64,000 nucleotides of DNA from Candidatus Omnitrophota bacterium (GTDB lineage: Bacteria > Omnitrophota > Omnitrophia > Omnitrophales > Aquincolibacteriaceae). Numbering within the stretch: the stretch's first letter is position 1; each line of letters opens with the position of its first letter. Below, piece by piece: positions 10,111 to 20,407 of this stretch. The notes beneath the pieces are model-generated. The model worked only from the letters and a program-made list of their open reading frames with translations. It was not told the origin of the DNA and did no database searches. The DNA lies in the NCBI GenBank assembly GCA_022709525.1, contig JAKLIQ010000004.1, forward strand, positions 9,260-73,259, read 5' to 3'. The translations under genes and the position numbers were made by a program.

Positions 10111-11535
10111 ATGTCCATGAACGAGCCAAGATCCATCCACGCCGCAGAAGATTGGGGAGTGGTGCTTCAGTCGGTCCCCTCCAAGCACAAAAAAGAGGTC
10201 GTCAAGCGCCTCGGCGAGATCTTCCAGATCGAAAAACGCGACGCCGAACAGGTGCTCGCCAATATGCCCCTTATCCTGCTCGACAACATCTCCTTCGGGC
10301 TTGCCGCCCGGATCAAGAAATATTTCCAAAAGATCGGCGCCGTCGCCGAAACGACCAACCACGACATGATCAAGAAGAACTGTTTTCAGATCGTGTGGCC
10401 GCAGACCCCCGACCTTTCGTTCTTCCTTAAAGATGAAGTGAAGGGCGAGGAAACGGGCAAGCCCGCCGAAAAGAAATCCGCCGAGGCCCCCGCGAAACTT
10501 GTCCGTGAAGAGCCCCCGCCGGTGACGCCGCCTTCTTGGGCAAAGCCCGAGCCGAAGTTCGAGGCGCGTCCGGAACCGAAATATGAGCCCAAATACGAAC
10601 CCAAATATGAGCCCAAACCGGCGCCCGCCGCGCCGACGGGCGGAGATTCGGATTGGGAACGCCGCGCCAACGAATTGAATGAACGCCTCAAAAAGATCCA
10701 GGACGAAAAACAGCAACTTCAGGCGCAGCAAGCCGAGGTCACGGAACGGGTGACCAGCGAATTCCAACAGCGTTTGGATCAGGAAAAACAAAAACGCGAT
10801 GAGGTCGAACGCGCGTACCAGGACCTCCAAAAAGAGGCGCAAAAGCAGGAAGCGCTTACCAAGGAAGGTGAAGACTGGCGCACGAAAGCCGTATCCTTAG
10901 GCGAGAAGGTTCGCGAACTTGAGAACCAGTTGATCCAGAAGAATTCGGCGATCGAGCATCTTATTCAGGAGAAGGATCAGCTGGCGATGGCCCAGGGTGG
11001 CGAAAAAGACGCTCTTCAAGGCCGTCTCGATGAAGTGCAGCGGGAACTTGAAACCCTGAAGAACCGCGAAAGGGAAGCGGCGCAACGGGCGGCATCGCTT
11101 GAACGAGGCGCCCAGGAAATGAAAGAAGCGCTTCGCAGCCGGGATGCGGTGCTCTCGCAATTTGAAAAACAGATGACGGAGCTCGCGGACAGAGTTCAGG
11201 AAGCCGAGGCCTTGCGCAAAGAACACGCGCAACTGGTTCAGGAGCGGGCCACGATCCGCAAAACCTATGACGCCAAGCTCGTCGAGCAGGAAGTCCGTTT
11301 GGCGAAGGTCGAGGAAGAGCATCGCCGTTACCGGAGCCGCGCAGACCGTAAGACTGCGGCCGCAACGCGCGAACTCGGCGAGTGGGTCCGCGGCGTCGAT
11401 ACGATCCGACAGGGCCTTCAGAAGCTGATCCTTTTCCTCGGCAGCGAATCCGCTGTACTGGATACCGAAAAAAAGTCCCCTTTAAAGTCGCCTTTGACCC
11501 GGGGATCGGACGCTTCTCACGCCGACAAGGATTAG
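10111..11535 (+). CDS. Coiled-coil protein with N-terminal ribosomal L7/L12-CTD-like domain and a (EPKY)n linker
   Basis: RBS AAGGAAAGG plus ATG at 10111. N-terminus ...VLQSVPSKHKKEVVKRLGEI... resembles the L7/L12 C-terminal fold. Then EPKYEPKYEPKYEPK, then about 300 aa of Q/E/K/R-rich heptad-like coiled coil. Confidence 0.6.
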   Translation: MSMNEPRSIHAAEDWGVVLQSVPSKHKKEVVKRLGEIFQIEKRDAEQVLANMPLILLDNISFGLAARIKKYFQKIGAVAETTNHDMIKKNCFQIVWPQTPDLSFFLKDEVKGEETGKPAEKKSAEAPAKLVREEPPPVTPPSWAKPEPKFEARPEPKYEPKYEPKYEPKPAPAAPTGGDSDWERRANELNERLKKIQDEKQQLQAQQAEVTERVTSEFQQRLDQEKQKRDEVERAYQDLQKEAQKQEALTKEGEDWRTKAVSLGEKVRELENQLIQKNSAIEHLIQEKDQLAMAQGGEKDALQGRLDEVQRELETLKNREREAAQRAASLERGAQEMKEALRSRDAVLSQFEKQMTELADRVQEAEALRKEHAQLVQERATIRKTYDAKLVEQEVRLAKVEEEHRRYRSRADRKTAAATRELGEWVRGVDTIRQGLQKLILFLGSESAVLDTEKKSPLKSPLTRGSDASHADKD

Positions 11536-11544
11536 ATCGTCGGC

Positions 11545-12225
11545 ATGATACGGGCCCAACCCGTCAAGGCCGATGAAATGAGCCGCCTCGATCAGGCGGC
11601 CATCCGCGATTACGGTATCCCGGCGCTTCTTCTCATGGAAAATGCCGGCCGGGCTGTTGCCGATGTGATCTCCCGTTCGTATTCTTCCCCGGCCAAGGTC
11701 CTTATTTTTGTCGGAAAAGGCAATAACGGCGGCGACGGACTTGTGATCGCCCGCCATCTCGCGAACCGCTCCTTTCAAGCCCAGCTCGTTCTTCTCGAGG
11801 ACCCCGCAAAGTTTAAACCCGACCCCTCGGTCAACTTCGCCATCATCCGGCAAATGAAATTATCCGTGATCCCGTGCTGGGAGGGTCTGGATGAAGAAAA
11901 GCTGGCGGAGCACTGCCGGGCAGCCGATCTTTTGGTGGATGCGATCTTCGGCGTCGGGATCCGCAGTCTCTTGACCGGTGTTTTTGAACAAGCGGTTCGC
12001 GTGATCAATGAAAGCAAAAAACCGGCCATAAGCGTCGATATTCCTTCGGGACTTGATGCCGATACGGGCGCGGTCCATGGCGTCGCCGTGAAAGCGGCGC
12101 GCACTGTAACGCTGGCGTTGCCCAAGGCCGGCCTTTTCACCGGCCACGGCCCGGAATATGCCGGAAAGGTCGAGTGCGTTGATATCGGGATCCCGCGTGA
12201 ATTGCTTTTACCGTTCTTGAAGTAA
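11545..12225 (+). CDS. nnrE: NAD(P)H-hydrate epimerase (YjeF N-terminal domain)
   Basis: VGKGNNGGDGLV ... DAIFGVGI ... IPSGLDADTG are YjeF_N motifs. Confidence 0.85.
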   Translation: MIRAQPVKADEMSRLDQAAIRDYGIPALLLMENAGRAVADVISRSYSSPAKVLIFVGKGNNGGDGLVIARHLANRSFQAQLVLLEDPAKFKPDPSVNFAIIRQMKLSVIPCWEGLDEEKLAEHCRAADLLVDAIFGVGIRSLLTGVFEQAVRVINESKKPAISVDIPSGLDADTGAVHGVAVKAARTVTLALPKAGLFTGHGPEYAGKVECVDIGIPRELLLPFLK

Positions 12226-12286
12226 CGCCCGCCCCCGCAATAAGTTACGGTTTTTAAATTCTTTTGCGCCGGTTGCCGTATGACGC

Positions 12287-13267
12287 TTGACACGCCGTTT
12301 GCTTTCTGCTAGAAACTCTCGTTTTCTTGATGATGTTGCCAAACATTTCCGGAGAAAGATCCACGTGCGATCCTTTAGGCGTTTTCCCGACTGGTTGAGG
12401 CGTTCCCTGCCGGAAGATTCTTCCCAAAAAACCCGCGCCATTTTGCATAAATATAAACTGAACACGGTTTGCCGGTCGGCCATGTGCCCGAACAGCCATG
12501 AATGTTTCTCCAAGGACACGGCAACCTTCATGATCCTGGGCGGGATCTGCACGCGCCACTGCGGTTTTTGCGCGGTGCCGACGGGGCAAGGCGAAGCGCT
12601 GCGTCATGACGAGCCGGAGCGCGTCGCGTTTGCGGCCAAAGAGCTCGGCCTTCGCTATGTCGTGGTCACCTCTGTCACCCGCGACGATCTCGCGGATGAG
12701 GGGGCGGAACATTACGCACGGACCATCCAGGCCGTTAAAAGGGAGATCCCCGGTTCGCATGTGGAGGTTTTAACGCCGGATTTTCATTCGAGAGAAGAGT
12801 TGGTGCGCCGCGTCGTGGAAGCCGAACCGGAAGTGTTCGATCATAACCTCGAGACGGTGGAGCGATTGCAGCCCACGGTCCGGCCGCAGGCGGATTATCA
12901 CCGCTCGCTTAGAACGCTCGAGATCGCCAAACGGCTGGCCCCCCGGCGCGTCACTAAAAGCGGTTTGATGCTTGGGCTTGGGGAAACCGTTCCCGAGATC
13001 CTGGATGCCGGGCGCCATCTTCTGTCGGTGGGCGCGAGCATCCTGACGCTTGGGCAATATCTTCAGCCGAACATGCAAAGTCTTGAAGTGCAGGAGTATG
13101 TGACGCCGGAAAAATTTGAGGATCTTTCCCGGAAACTCCGGGCCATGGGTTTTGAAAAGGTGGTAGCCGGCGCCTATGTGCGCAGTTCCTACCACGCGCG
13201 CGAGACTTTTTCGGACCTCGGCGACGCTCAGACCTGCGGGAATTCCGAAACCAGTACAAGCATCTAA
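12287..13267 (+). CDS. lipA: Lipoyl synthase (the start may instead be the internal GTG near 12366)
   Basis: PDWLR ... CPN(x)EC ... CTRHCGFC radical-SAM motifs, conserved throughout. Confidence 0.9.
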   Translation: MTRRLLSARNSRFLDDVAKHFRRKIHVRSFRRFPDWLRRSLPEDSSQKTRAILHKYKLNTVCRSAMCPNSHECFSKDTATFMILGGICTRHCGFCAVPTGQGEALRHDEPERVAFAAKELGLRYVVVTSVTRDDLADEGAEHYARTIQAVKREIPGSHVEVLTPDFHSREELVRRVVEAEPEVFDHNLETVERLQPTVRPQADYHRSLRTLEIAKRLAPRRVTKSGLMLGLGETVPEILDAGRHLLSVGASILTLGQYLQPNMQSLEVQEYVTPEKFEDLSRKLRAMGFEKVVAGAYVRSSYHARETFSDLGDAQTCGNSETSTSI

Positions 13268-13284
13268 GAGAGGAGAAGCGGACC

Positions 13285-13575
13285 ATGTTCGAAGTGCTGG
13301 CGAAAGGTTTAGGAAAGAATGTGGATGAAGCGACCGTGAAGACATGGTTTTTTGAGGAGGGGGATTCAGTGACGGAAGGTGACGACCTTGTTGAATTGGC
13401 GATGGAAGACGCTTCTATCACGATCACCGCGCCGGTCTCTGGCATCTTGACGGAAGTATGTATTGATGAAGACGAAACGGTCCAGCGCGACGAAGTCCTT
13501 TGTATTATCGATGATGAAGAAGGCGACTTGAGCGACGGAGAGGATGAAGAAGAAGGCGAAACCAAAGAGGAATGA
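13285..13575 (+). CDS. Biotinyl/lipoyl-attachment-like domain protein that lacks the acceptor lysine (K->D/E) and carries an acidic C-terminal tail
   Basis: EEGDSVTEGDDLVELAMEDASITITAPVSGIL aligns with lipoyl and BCCP domains, but the ...DK... / AMKM lysine is replaced (AMED). The tail is DDEEGDLSDGEDEEEGETKEE. Confidence 0.6.
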   Translation: MFEVLAKGLGKNVDEATVKTWFFEEGDSVTEGDDLVELAMEDASITITAPVSGILTEVCIDEDETVQRDEVLCIIDDEEGDLSDGEDEEEGETKEE

Positions 13576-13597
13576 TGAGCCCATCATTGGTTGAAAA

Positions 13598-14665
13598 ATG
13601 AGCGAGATCCTGCCACTTAAAAGCCCAGCCGATTTTATCGGCAAACAGGGGAATGGCGTTATCAGTTTCGGTTCCGGACAGCCAGACCTGCCTCCGCCCA
13701 AGGAAGCTTTTCAGGGGATCGATCTGACGCGCGACCTGCGCTACGGCCTCATCCAGGGTGAAGTCAAATTGCGCGAAGCGTTGGCCCGGGAATATCCCGG
13801 TTCGACCGCGGAAAATTTTGTTATCACCAACGGCGCCTCCGAAGCGCTCGATCTTATTTTCAGGTGCTGGGGCAAAGGCGAGAAGGTGCTGCTTCCCCGG
13901 CCGTATTACTATTCGTATCTGCCCATTGTTGAATTGGCGGGAATGACGCCGGTCTTTACCGACCTCGTGGACGGCCGGATCGATCTGGACGATTTTAAGA
14001 AAAAGATCAAGGATTGCCGCGCCGTTTTGATCAACTCTCCTTCCAATCCGACGGGGAGGGTCGAGGCCATCGAAACGCTCAAAGAGATCGAGAGGATCAC
14101 CCAGCAACTCGGCGTTTATGTGGTTTCCGACGAGGTCTACAAGGACCTGATCTACGAGCGCGAGAATTATCACATTAACGGCGATCATGTGATCACGGTC
14201 AATTCTTTTTCCAAGACCTACTGCATGTGCGGCGTCCGGGTCGGCTATCTCTGGAGTTCGGATAAAAAGGTCGTCGAAAATGTCTGCGAGATGAAAACGC
14301 ACACCTCCATGAACACGAATCTGGTGGGCCAGGACATGGCGCTTGCCGCGATGAAAGCCCCAAAAGAATATATCAAAAAACAACAGCAAGTATGGCGCGA
14401 ACGCCGGGATTATATTTACAAAGGCCTGGTCGACCTGGGGTTCGATCTCTGGAAACCGGAGGGCGCTTTCTACGTGCTTCCGAAGTGCAAGAACGCGCGG
14501 CAATTTTTGTCCGTACTTTACAATGATTTCAAGGTCATTACCTACCTCGGAGAATGGTTCGGCGCGCCGGACAGGATCCGCCTGAGCTATGCCCTCGATA
14601 TCAAGCAGATCGAAGAAGGCCTTGGTCGCGTCCGGCAGGCCATGAAAAAGATCGCCGTACTTTAA
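13598..14665 (+). CDS. PLP-dependent aminotransferase, class I/II (aspartate aminotransferase family)
   Basis: NSPSNPTG ... SFSKTY (PLP lysine) ... R near the C-terminus. Confidence 0.85.
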   Translation: MSEILPLKSPADFIGKQGNGVISFGSGQPDLPPPKEAFQGIDLTRDLRYGLIQGEVKLREALAREYPGSTAENFVITNGASEALDLIFRCWGKGEKVLLPRPYYYSYLPIVELAGMTPVFTDLVDGRIDLDDFKKKIKDCRAVLINSPSNPTGRVEAIETLKEIERITQQLGVYVVSDEVYKDLIYERENYHINGDHVITVNSFSKTYCMCGVRVGYLWSSDKKVVENVCEMKTHTSMNTNLVGQDMALAAMKAPKEYIKKQQQVWRERRDYIYKGLVDLGFDLWKPEGAFYVLPKCKNARQFLSVLYNDFKVITYLGEWFGAPDRIRLSYALDIKQIEEGLGRVRQAMKKIAVL

Positions 14666-14672
14666 TCCCCCT

Positions 14673-15515
14673 ATGGCGACCCGCTTTCATAAAAAAACGA
14701 AAGCGTTGCAGCGATCAGCCGGTTCGCCGATCGGCGTTTTTGATTCGGGCCTGGGCGGTTTGACGGTGGTTCGCGAGCTCCGTCGTTTGCTGCCTTCCGA
14801 AGAGATCCTCTATTTGGGCGACCTGGCCCACCTTCCTTACGGCACTAAATCCACCGGTGAGATCCGCCGCCGTTCCGCCGAGTGCGCCCGTTTCCTTATG
14901 AAAAAAAAGATCAAAGCCCTCGTGATCGCCTGTAATTCGGCCTCAAGCGTCGCGCATAAAGACCTCGCCCGGATCCTGCCGGTGCCGGTGCTCGATGTGA
15001 TCACCCCGGCCGTCGAAGAAGCTCTGGCAACGACAAGGAATCAGCGGGTGGGCGTGATCGCGACCTACGCGACGATCGAAAGCCGAAGTTACGCCAAGGC
15101 CCTTGAGGCGCGCTCTCCGGAAGCGCAATATTTTCTCAAGCCGTGCCCGCTTTTTGTGCCCCTCGCCGAAGAAGGATGGCTGGACGGTAAGATCGCGGAA
15201 GGCGCCGCCGAAAAATACCTCGCGCCGATCCGCCGGAAACAGATCGATACGCTGATCCTGGGATGCACGCATTACCCGCTTCTTAAAAGCGCGATCGCGA
15301 AAGTCATGGGGCCGAAGGTCCGCCTTGTGGACTCGGCGATCCCGACGGCGCTCCGGCTTAAAACGCTTCTTCAAAAAAAAGGCCTTCTCTCGCCGCGCCC
15401 TCGGCGCGCGCCGCTTAAGATCTTCGTGACCGATTACGTCCGCAATTTTGCCAGGATCGGCGAATCGTTCCTGGGTGAAAAACTGAAAACCGTCAAACTC
15501 GTCAAAGTCCCATGA
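14673..15515 (+). CDS. murI: Glutamate racemase
   Basis: GVFDSGLGGLTV ... IACNSAS ... LGCTHYPLL. Confidence 0.9.
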   Translation: MATRFHKKTKALQRSAGSPIGVFDSGLGGLTVVRELRRLLPSEEILYLGDLAHLPYGTKSTGEIRRRSAECARFLMKKKIKALVIACNSASSVAHKDLARILPVPVLDVITPAVEEALATTRNQRVGVIATYATIESRSYAKALEARSPEAQYFLKPCPLFVPLAEEGWLDGKIAEGAAEKYLAPIRRKQIDTLILGCTHYPLLKSAIAKVMGPKVRLVDSAIPTALRLKTLLQKKGLLSPRPRRAPLKIFVTDYVRNFARIGESFLGEKLKTVKLVKVP

Positions 15516-16180
15516 AAAAAGCGGTCTGTCTTTTTTCCGGCGGGATGGATTCCGCCGTCTGTCTTTATTGCGCCCGCAACGAAGGTTATGACGCCGTGGC
15601 GCTTTCGTTCGATTACGGCCAGCGCCATGAAAAAGAAGTCGAAGCGGCGCACCGCCTGACCCATGATCTCGGGGTGCCGCATCATGTGATCCGCTTCAAA
15701 CTTCCATGGAAGGGGAGCGCGCTGCTTGAGCGTGACGGCAAATTGCCGGAATACCGCGATCCTGAAAAAATGCCAAAAACCATCCCCGCCACTTATGTGC
15801 CCGCGCGTAACAGCATCTTTCTTTCCTTCGCGTTCTCCTGCGCGGAGGCCGAAGAAGCGGAAGCGATCTTTTTCGGAGCGAATGTTCTTGATTACAGCGG
15901 CTATCCCGACTGCCGTCCGGAATATCTGGAAGCTTTTACGGAAGCCATGCGGCGAGGTACGAAAGCCGGCGCTCAAGGGCGAGCGATCGAAATAAAAGCC
16001 CCCCTGATCTGTTTGAGCAAAAAAGAGATCGTCCTGCTCGGCCGGAAGCTCGGCGTTCCTTTCGAAAAAACATGGTCCTGCTACGCGGGCGGCGAGAGGC
16101 CTTGCGGGGTTTGCGATTCCTGCGTTCTTCGCGCCAAGGGTTTCCGCGAAGCGGGGCTGGAAGACCCTCTCCTTTCATGA
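15512..16180 (+). CDS. queC: 7-cyano-7-deazaguanine synthase
   Basis: CLFSGGMDS PP-loop and C-terminal CGVCDSC zinc motif. Confidence 0.9.
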   Translation: MKKAVCLFSGGMDSAVCLYCARNEGYDAVALSFDYGQRHEKEVEAAHRLTHDLGVPHHVIRFKLPWKGSALLERDGKLPEYRDPEKMPKTIPATYVPARNSIFLSFAFSCAEAEEAEAIFFGANVLDYSGYPDCRPEYLEAFTEAMRRGTKAGAQGRAIEIKAPLICLSKKEIVLLGRKLGVPFEKTWSCYAGGERPCGVCDSCVLRAKGFREAGLEDPLLS

Positions 16181-16881
16181 CGAACCCCGTTTCGGCGCGC
16201 ATCACGGAGATCTTTTCTTCCTTTCAGGGAGAAGGCCCTCTGACCGGCGAGCGTCATATCTTTATCCGTTTCGAATCCTGCCATATGGCCTGCGTCTATT
16301 GCGACGAATCCGGGAAAAAGGGCCGGTCGATGTCGCTTCAGCAAGTTCTCCGAAAGATCAAAGAGCTTGAGAAAAAACACGGCCCGCACTCCTGCGTCAG
16401 TCTTACGGGCGGCGAACCGCTTCTTTATCCCGATTTTCTGCGGAAGCTCTGCCCGGCGCTTAAAAAAATGAAGCTCCGCGTCCTTCTTGAGACGAGCGGG
16501 GTCCTGTGGCGGAACCTCTCGAAGGTTTTGCCTTGCTGTGATATCATCTCCATGGACCTGAAGCTTTCGAGCGTGACCGGGCAGAACGGTTTTCTTAAGG
16601 AGCACGAAGCGTTCCTCAAGATCGCCAAACGCAAGGGGCTCTATATCAAGATCGTCGTTTCAAACGATCTGGACCGCCGGGAGTATGACGCGCATGTCCG
16701 GATGGTCGCGAAGGAAACCCCGTGGGCGCCGGTGTTTTTGCAAGCGGCGGCGCGGGGCCGTAGGGTTTGTCCGGACAAACGGCTTTGGCGTCTTATGGAG
16801 GATCTGCGCCGGCGCGGCGCCGGGCGCCTTCCCGGGTTGCGGATCGGGATCCAGCTTCATAAATTACTCAATATCACTTAG
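16177..16881 (+). CDS. queE: 7-carboxy-7-deazaguanine synthase (radical SAM)
   Basis: ITEIFSSFQGEGP ... ESCHMACVYCDE. The ATG overlaps the queC stop (ATGA). Confidence 0.85.
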   Translation: MTNPVSARITEIFSSFQGEGPLTGERHIFIRFESCHMACVYCDESGKKGRSMSLQQVLRKIKELEKKHGPHSCVSLTGGEPLLYPDFLRKLCPALKKMKLRVLLETSGVLWRNLSKVLPCCDIISMDLKLSSVTGQNGFLKEHEAFLKIAKRKGLYIKIVVSNDLDRREYDAHVRMVAKETPWAPVFLQAAARGRRVCPDKRLWRLMEDLRRRGAGRLPGLRIGIQLHKLLNIT

Positions 16882-16912
16882 TATATTCATTCAAACTTGA
16901 GAGGGAGATAGC

Positions 16913-17623
16913 GTGAGGATCGATAAAAGAAAAAATAACGAACTTAGGTCTGTTACGGTCCGCACGAAATACCTCAAGCACGCACACGGATCCTGCCTGA
17001 TCGAAATGGGTGATACGAAGGTCGTGTGTTCGGCGACCGTCGAAGAGAAGGTCCCGTTTTTCTGCAAAGAAGAAAAAAAAGGATGGATCACGGCCGAGTA
17101 CGGCATGCTGCCGGCCTCCTGCAGCGAACGCATTGTCCGCGAGGCCGCCAAAGGCAAGCTTTCGGGCCGTACGCAGGAGATCCAGCGGCTGATCGGGCGG
17201 AGTATCCGTTCCGTCGTCGACCTCAAAAAGCTCGGGGAACGCACGATCTGGCTTGACGCGGATGTGATCCAGGGAGACGGCGGGACCCGCACAGCGTCCA
17301 TTACCGGTTGTTACATTGCACTGAAGCATGCGATCAAAAAATTGATCGAGGACGGCCTTCTCGCCAAAGATCCCGTTCGCGATTCCGTCGCGGCCGTGAG
17401 CGTCGGCGTGGTGCGGGGAAAACCGATGCTCGACCTTTGCTATGAGGAAGATTCCAAAGCCGAAGTGGATATGAACATCGTCATGACGGGTTCCGGAAAA
17501 CTTGTCGAGGTCCAGGGAACGGCGGAAGGGAAGCCGTTTTCCGAAGCCGCCTTAAAACAGTTGATCCAACTCGGTAAAAAGGGCATCCGCGAACTTACGG
17601 GGATCCAGAAAAAACATGTCTGA
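16913..17623 (+). CDS. rph: Ribonuclease PH
   Basis: [21 protein letters not shown] ... [13 protein letters not shown] ... [21 protein letters not shown] start. Confidence 0.9.
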   Translation: MRIDKRKNNELRSVTVRTKYLKHAHGSCLIEMGDTKVVCSATVEEKVPFFCKEEKKGWITAEYGMLPASCSERIVREAAKGKLSGRTQEIQRLIGRSIRSVVDLKKLGERTIWLDADVIQGDGGTRTASITGCYIALKHAIKKLIEDGLLAKDPVRDSVAAVSVGVVRGKPMLDLCYEEDSKAEVDMNIVMTGSGKLVEVQGTAEGKPFSEAALKQLIQLGKKGIRELTGIQKKHV

Positions 17624-18227
17624 ACCGATAAGACTTTTACTTGCGACGACCAACTTGAAAAAGCTCGGCGAATTGCAGGACCTTCTCAAAGGCCTGCCGT
17701 TCCGGTGTTTCAGTCTTCAGGATGTTCCGGAGGCGGTGGATGTCGAGGAGACCGGAGCGACCTTTGAAGAGAACGCGAAACTGAAAGCCACCGGTTACGC
17801 TTTCCAGACGGGCATGTTGACCCTGGGGGAGGATTCCGGGATCTGCTGCGATGCGCTGAACGGCGCCCCCGGCATATTATCCGCGCGTTTCGCGGGGCCG
17901 GAAAAGAACGATGAAGCGAACAATCAAAAGCTCCTTGATCTTATGAAGGATGTTCCGGCCGAAAAGCGCACAGCCCATTATGAATCTGCGATCGCGATCG
18001 CGGAACCGGACCGGCTGATCGGCGTGGTCAAAGGGCAGGTTTTCGGGCTGATCGCCAAAAAGCCCGCCGGAACGGGCGGTTTTGGATATGACCCCCTATT
18101 TTTCTTTCCCGAATTCAATAAAACGTTCGCGCAGGTGACGCCGGAAATGAAACACAGCGTTTCCCACCGCGGCCGCGCCTGGGCCCAGGCCCTTGCGTTG
18201 CTGAAGGAATACCTTCGGGACAGATGA
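17616..18227 (+). CDS. rdgB: dITP/XTP pyrophosphatase (Ham1/RdgB)
   Basis: [11 protein letters not shown] ... GFGYDPLF ... SHRGRA. Confidence 0.9.
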   Translation: MSEPIRLLLATTNLKKLGELQDLLKGLPFRCFSLQDVPEAVDVEETGATFEENAKLKATGYAFQTGMLTLGEDSGICCDALNGAPGILSARFAGPEKNDEANNQKLLDLMKDVPAEKRTAHYESAIAIAEPDRLIGVVKGQVFGLIAKKPAGTGGFGYDPLFFFPEFNKTFAQVTPEMKHSVSHRGRAWAQALALLKEYLRDR

Positions 18228-18321
18228 TATTTTGGCTCTAGAGAGCGGTTTTTTTGCCGATACTATTTGGCAGCAGCAGTTCGGTTTGAAAGATTATGAA
18301 TATATACTTTAGGAGCGGGCT

Positions 18322-18705
18322 ATGACGATCCCCGGAGCAAAAAAGAAGATCCTTGTGATCGAGGATGAACCGGATATCCAGATCCTCGTCACGCATCGCT
18401 TGAGCGCGATGGGTTATGAGACGCTTGTCGCCTCGGACGGCCAGGCCGGGCTGACCATGGCGCGCAAAGAAGTGCCCGACCTGATCCTCTTAGACCTCAT
18501 GCTTCCCAAGATCGACGGCTTCAAGGTTTGCCGCATGCTCAAATTCGACAAAACCTGCGAGAATATCCCGATCATTGTTTTTTCTTCTCGCTGCTCCGAA
18601 GCGGACCGGAAGCTGGTCGAGCAAGTGGGAGCAAATGCATTTTTAGCGAAACCCTTCGAGTGGGAAACCTTCACGGCGCTTATCAAGAAATTCGTCTTAT
18701 CGTAA
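18322..18705 (+). CDS. Single-domain response regulator (CheY-like receiver)
   Basis: ILVIEDEPD ... LILLDLMLP ... receiver fold, with no output domain. Confidence 0.85.
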   Translation: MTIPGAKKKILVIEDEPDIQILVTHRLSAMGYETLVASDGQAGLTMARKEVPDLILLDLMLPKIDGFKVCRMLKFDKTCENIPIIVFSSRCSEADRKLVEQVGANAFLAKPFEWETFTALIKKFVLS

Positions 18706-18736
18706 AAGAATCCTTTGTGACCGCGCGGGAGACTTT

Positions 18737-20407
18737 ATGATCCAGCAGGAAAAGATCCTGGAACGGGTTTTAAAACAGGGTCTTCTCGACGCCGAACAGA
18801 TCGAAAAAGCCAAAAAAGAGGCCGCCCGCGTCGGCCAACCCACGGAAGTGATCCTGATCCGCAGCGGCCTGGTGGGGGAAGAGGAGCTGGCGGATATCAA
18901 GGCCGGCATCCTGGGCCTTCCGTATGTCGATCTCAATAATTACCGCCTGGACCGCGAACTCATCAAGCTGATCCCCGAAAAGATCTCCAAAAAATTCAGC
19001 GTGATCCCGCTTTTCGCCACCGGCAACGCCCTCTCGGTCGGCATGGTCGATCCCCAGAACATCATGGCGATCGATCAGATCCGCAAGCTTACCAAATTCG
19101 ACGTGATCGACCCCGTCCAGGTCTCCTTTGCGGGTTTCCAAACCGCTTTTAACGCTTGCTATCACTCGCACGGCTCGGTGGATGAGATCGTCAAATCCAT
19201 CGAAAAAGAAAAATCGCCGCACATGCAGGAAGACCTGCTCGGCGAGATCACCGAGCAGACGCCTGTCAGCAAGCTGGTCGACAATCTTTTGTTGCAGGCG
19301 GTCCAGTCCCGCGCTTCCGATATCCATATCGAACCGGAGGAAACGATCGTTTCGGTCCGCCTTCGCGTGGACGGGCTCTTGCATCACATCACGACATTCC
19401 CGCTTACGATCCAGAGCGCCGTCGTCTCCCGCGTGAAGATCCTGGCCGGCATGGACATCACCGAGAACCGGAAGCCCCAGGACGGCAAGATCCGCACGGA
19501 GCTCGAGGGCAAGGACCTGGATATCCGCGTTTCGACCTTCCCGACACTTTTCGGAGAAAATGTGGTCCTGCGTCTTCTGGATAAGCGCGCGATGCTTCCG
19601 AACCTGCCGGAACTCGGATTTTCCAAAGAAACCCTCGAACTTTTCACCAAGCTGATCACGCGCCCGCACGGGATCATCCTTGTTACCGGCCCGACCGGGA
19701 GCGGCAAAACGACCACGCTCTACGCCTCGCTTTCTAAGATCAATAGCGAGGAAAAAAACATCGTCACGATCGAAGACCCGGTCGAATTTGTCCTGCCCCG
19801 CATCCGCCAGACCCAGGTCAACCCCAAAGCCGGCATTACTTTCGCTAACGGACTACGCGGTTTTCTGCGTCAGGACCCCGATATCATGATGGTGGGCGAG
19901 ATCCGCGACAGGGAAACCGTCGAGATGGCCATCCAATCCGCCTTAACGGGTCATCTGGTTTTTTCAACCCTGCATACGAACGATGCCCCTTCCGCGCTCA
20001 CGCGCCTGATCGATATGGGCGCCGAACCCTTTTTGATCTCAAGCTCCGTGATCGGTATCCTGGCTCAGCGTTTGGTGCGGCTAAACTGCATGAAATGCCG
20101 CGAACCCTACACGCCGCCGGCGGAAGTGCTGCGGAGCGTCGGGCTTCCCGAAGGCACCCAGGTCATGCACGGCAAGGGGTGCCCCAAGTGCAATCAGAGC
20201 GGTTTTTCCGGACGCACCGGCATTTTTGAACTTATGGCGCTGACCGATGAGATCAAGACCCTCGTGGATACGCGCCATTCCGCCGTCGACATCAAAAAGA
20301 AAGCGGTCGAGCAGGGGATGAAGACTTTGCGCCAGGACGGCCTTGAGAAGGTCCAAAAAGGCCTGACGACGCTTGAAGAAGTCCTCAGGGTCACCGAGAT
20401 CGAATAA
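18737..20407 (+). CDS. Type IV pilus assembly ATPase (PilB/MshE/GspE family)
   Basis: N-terminal T2SSE_N domain, Walker A GPTGSGKTT, and tetracysteine motif CxxC...CxxC. Confidence 0.9.
   Translation: MIQQEKILERVLKQGLLDAEQIEKAKKEAARVGQPTEVILIRSGLVGEEELADIKAGILGLPYVDLNNYRLDRELIKLIPEKISKKFSVIPLFATGNALSVGMVDPQNIMAIDQIRKLTKFDVIDPVQVSFAGFQTAFNACYHSHGSVDEIVKSIEKEKSPHMQEDLLGEITEQTPVSKLVDNLLLQAVQSRASDIHIEPEETIVSVRLRVDGLLHHITTFPLTIQSAVVSRVKILAGMDITENRKPQDGKIRTELEGKDLDIRVSTFPTLFGENVVLRLLDKRAMLPNLPELGFSKETLELFTKLITRPHGIILVTGPTGSGKTTTLYASLSKINSEEKNIVTIEDPVEFVLPRIRQTQVNPKAGITFANGLRGFLRQDPDIMMVGEIRDRETVEMAIQSALTGHLVFSTLHTNDAPSALTRLIDMGAEPFLISSSVIGILAQRLVRLNCMKCREPYTPPAEVLRSVGLPEGTQVMHGKGCPKCNQSGFSGRTGIFELMALTDEIKTLVDTRHSAVDIKKKAVEQGMKTLRQDGLEKVQKGLTTLEEVLRVTEIE

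Noticed and set aside
18228-18270. Weak hairpin GCTCTAGAGAGC followed by T7 after rdgB as a terminator
   Set aside because: The stem is imperfect and only 4-5 bp long. It is plausible but not strong enough to annotate.
18250-18321. Sigma54-type promoter (TGGCAG...TTCGG) upstream of the pilus-operon response regulator
   Set aside because: GG and GC elements are not at the required 10-nt spacing, so it was not reported.
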